In this document: piece after piece, positions 63,628 to 64,000 of the stretch
How the letters are laid out: every line of letters starts with the position of its first letter
Numbering within the stretch: the stretch's first letter is position 1
Source: Felis catus
Lineage: Eukaryota
Length of the DNA stretch: 64,000 nucleotides
NCBI RefSeq assembly: GCF_018350175.1
Contig: NC_058368.1
Coordinates: 55,926,001 to 55,990,000, forward strand
Reading direction: 5' to 3'
Position numbers and translations under genes: made by a program
The notes under the pieces: model-generated
Told to the model about the DNA's origin: nothing
The model's database searches: none
Seen by the model: the letters and a program-made list of their open reading frames with translations, nothing else

Positions 63628-64000
63628 TGTAGAGGCCGCCTTTAGGCAACACTTGAGCAATGGAAAGCTGAGTAAGGTAATAGGGTGACCACCACACTGA
63701 ATGCAAACAGACCCATTAGGTGACCACCTCAAAATATTCATAAGCCCTAGCTGACTAATCAGCTACATACAACCCTACTTACAACTGGGTGCGGTACCAA
63801 AACAGGAAATTTCCATACATTCCCATACCTCCTCACCTTCCCCCCTTAATTACAGACCCCCACCACTGCCTGCTGGCACACAGCCTTTCCTTTGCTGTCT
63901 TTCCTACTGCTCCCTTGCCCTGTATTCAATAAACTTCTATCTCCTTTGTTCTACCTTGGGTGAATTCTTTCACTGCCTGTGGGGCGCCCCCACCCAACTG
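63628..64000 (+). mobile_element. ERV1-type LTR running off the window end
   Basis: TG start; AATAAA near 63928 followed by gtgaattctttc U5-like motif. Confidence 0.75.

Noticed and set aside
63979..64000. tggggcgcccc as a retroviral PBS or SINE head
   Set aside because: Not preceded by a terminal CA, does not match Pro or Lys PBS sequences as I recall them, and diverges from the SINE head after ggggcgcc

Overview
AT-rich, CpG-poor mammalian genomic DNA from a carnivore, almost certainly a felid, judged by about 26 tRNA-derived CAN-SINE (SINEC) copies and felid-type L1 3' ends. I find no convincing protein-coding gene, RNA gene or CpG island. ORF-track entries that can be assigned come from SINEs, microsatellites, or decayed L1 ORF2 and Charlie transposase remnants. 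The window looks intergenic (or deep intronic). It is filled with layered transposons (L1, L2, L3/CR1, MIR, Tigger1, Charlie1, MER3, ERV1/ERVL/MaLR solo LTRs), microsatellites and a few unique stretches that may be conserved non-coding elements. The best-supported unusual structure is a TSD-flanked L1 insertion at 16956-17360 with a 5' inversion and an apparent short 3' transduction. Others are a second probable transduction (4002-4227), a young SINE with an internal 20-bp duplication, a nested L1/Tigger1/L1 stack cut off on one side, perfect tandem duplications and a speculative 18-nt microexon. I see no evidence for a new multi-gene system. Repeat family names come from my recollection of consensus sequences, not from a database search. 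Boundaries of old elements are approximate.
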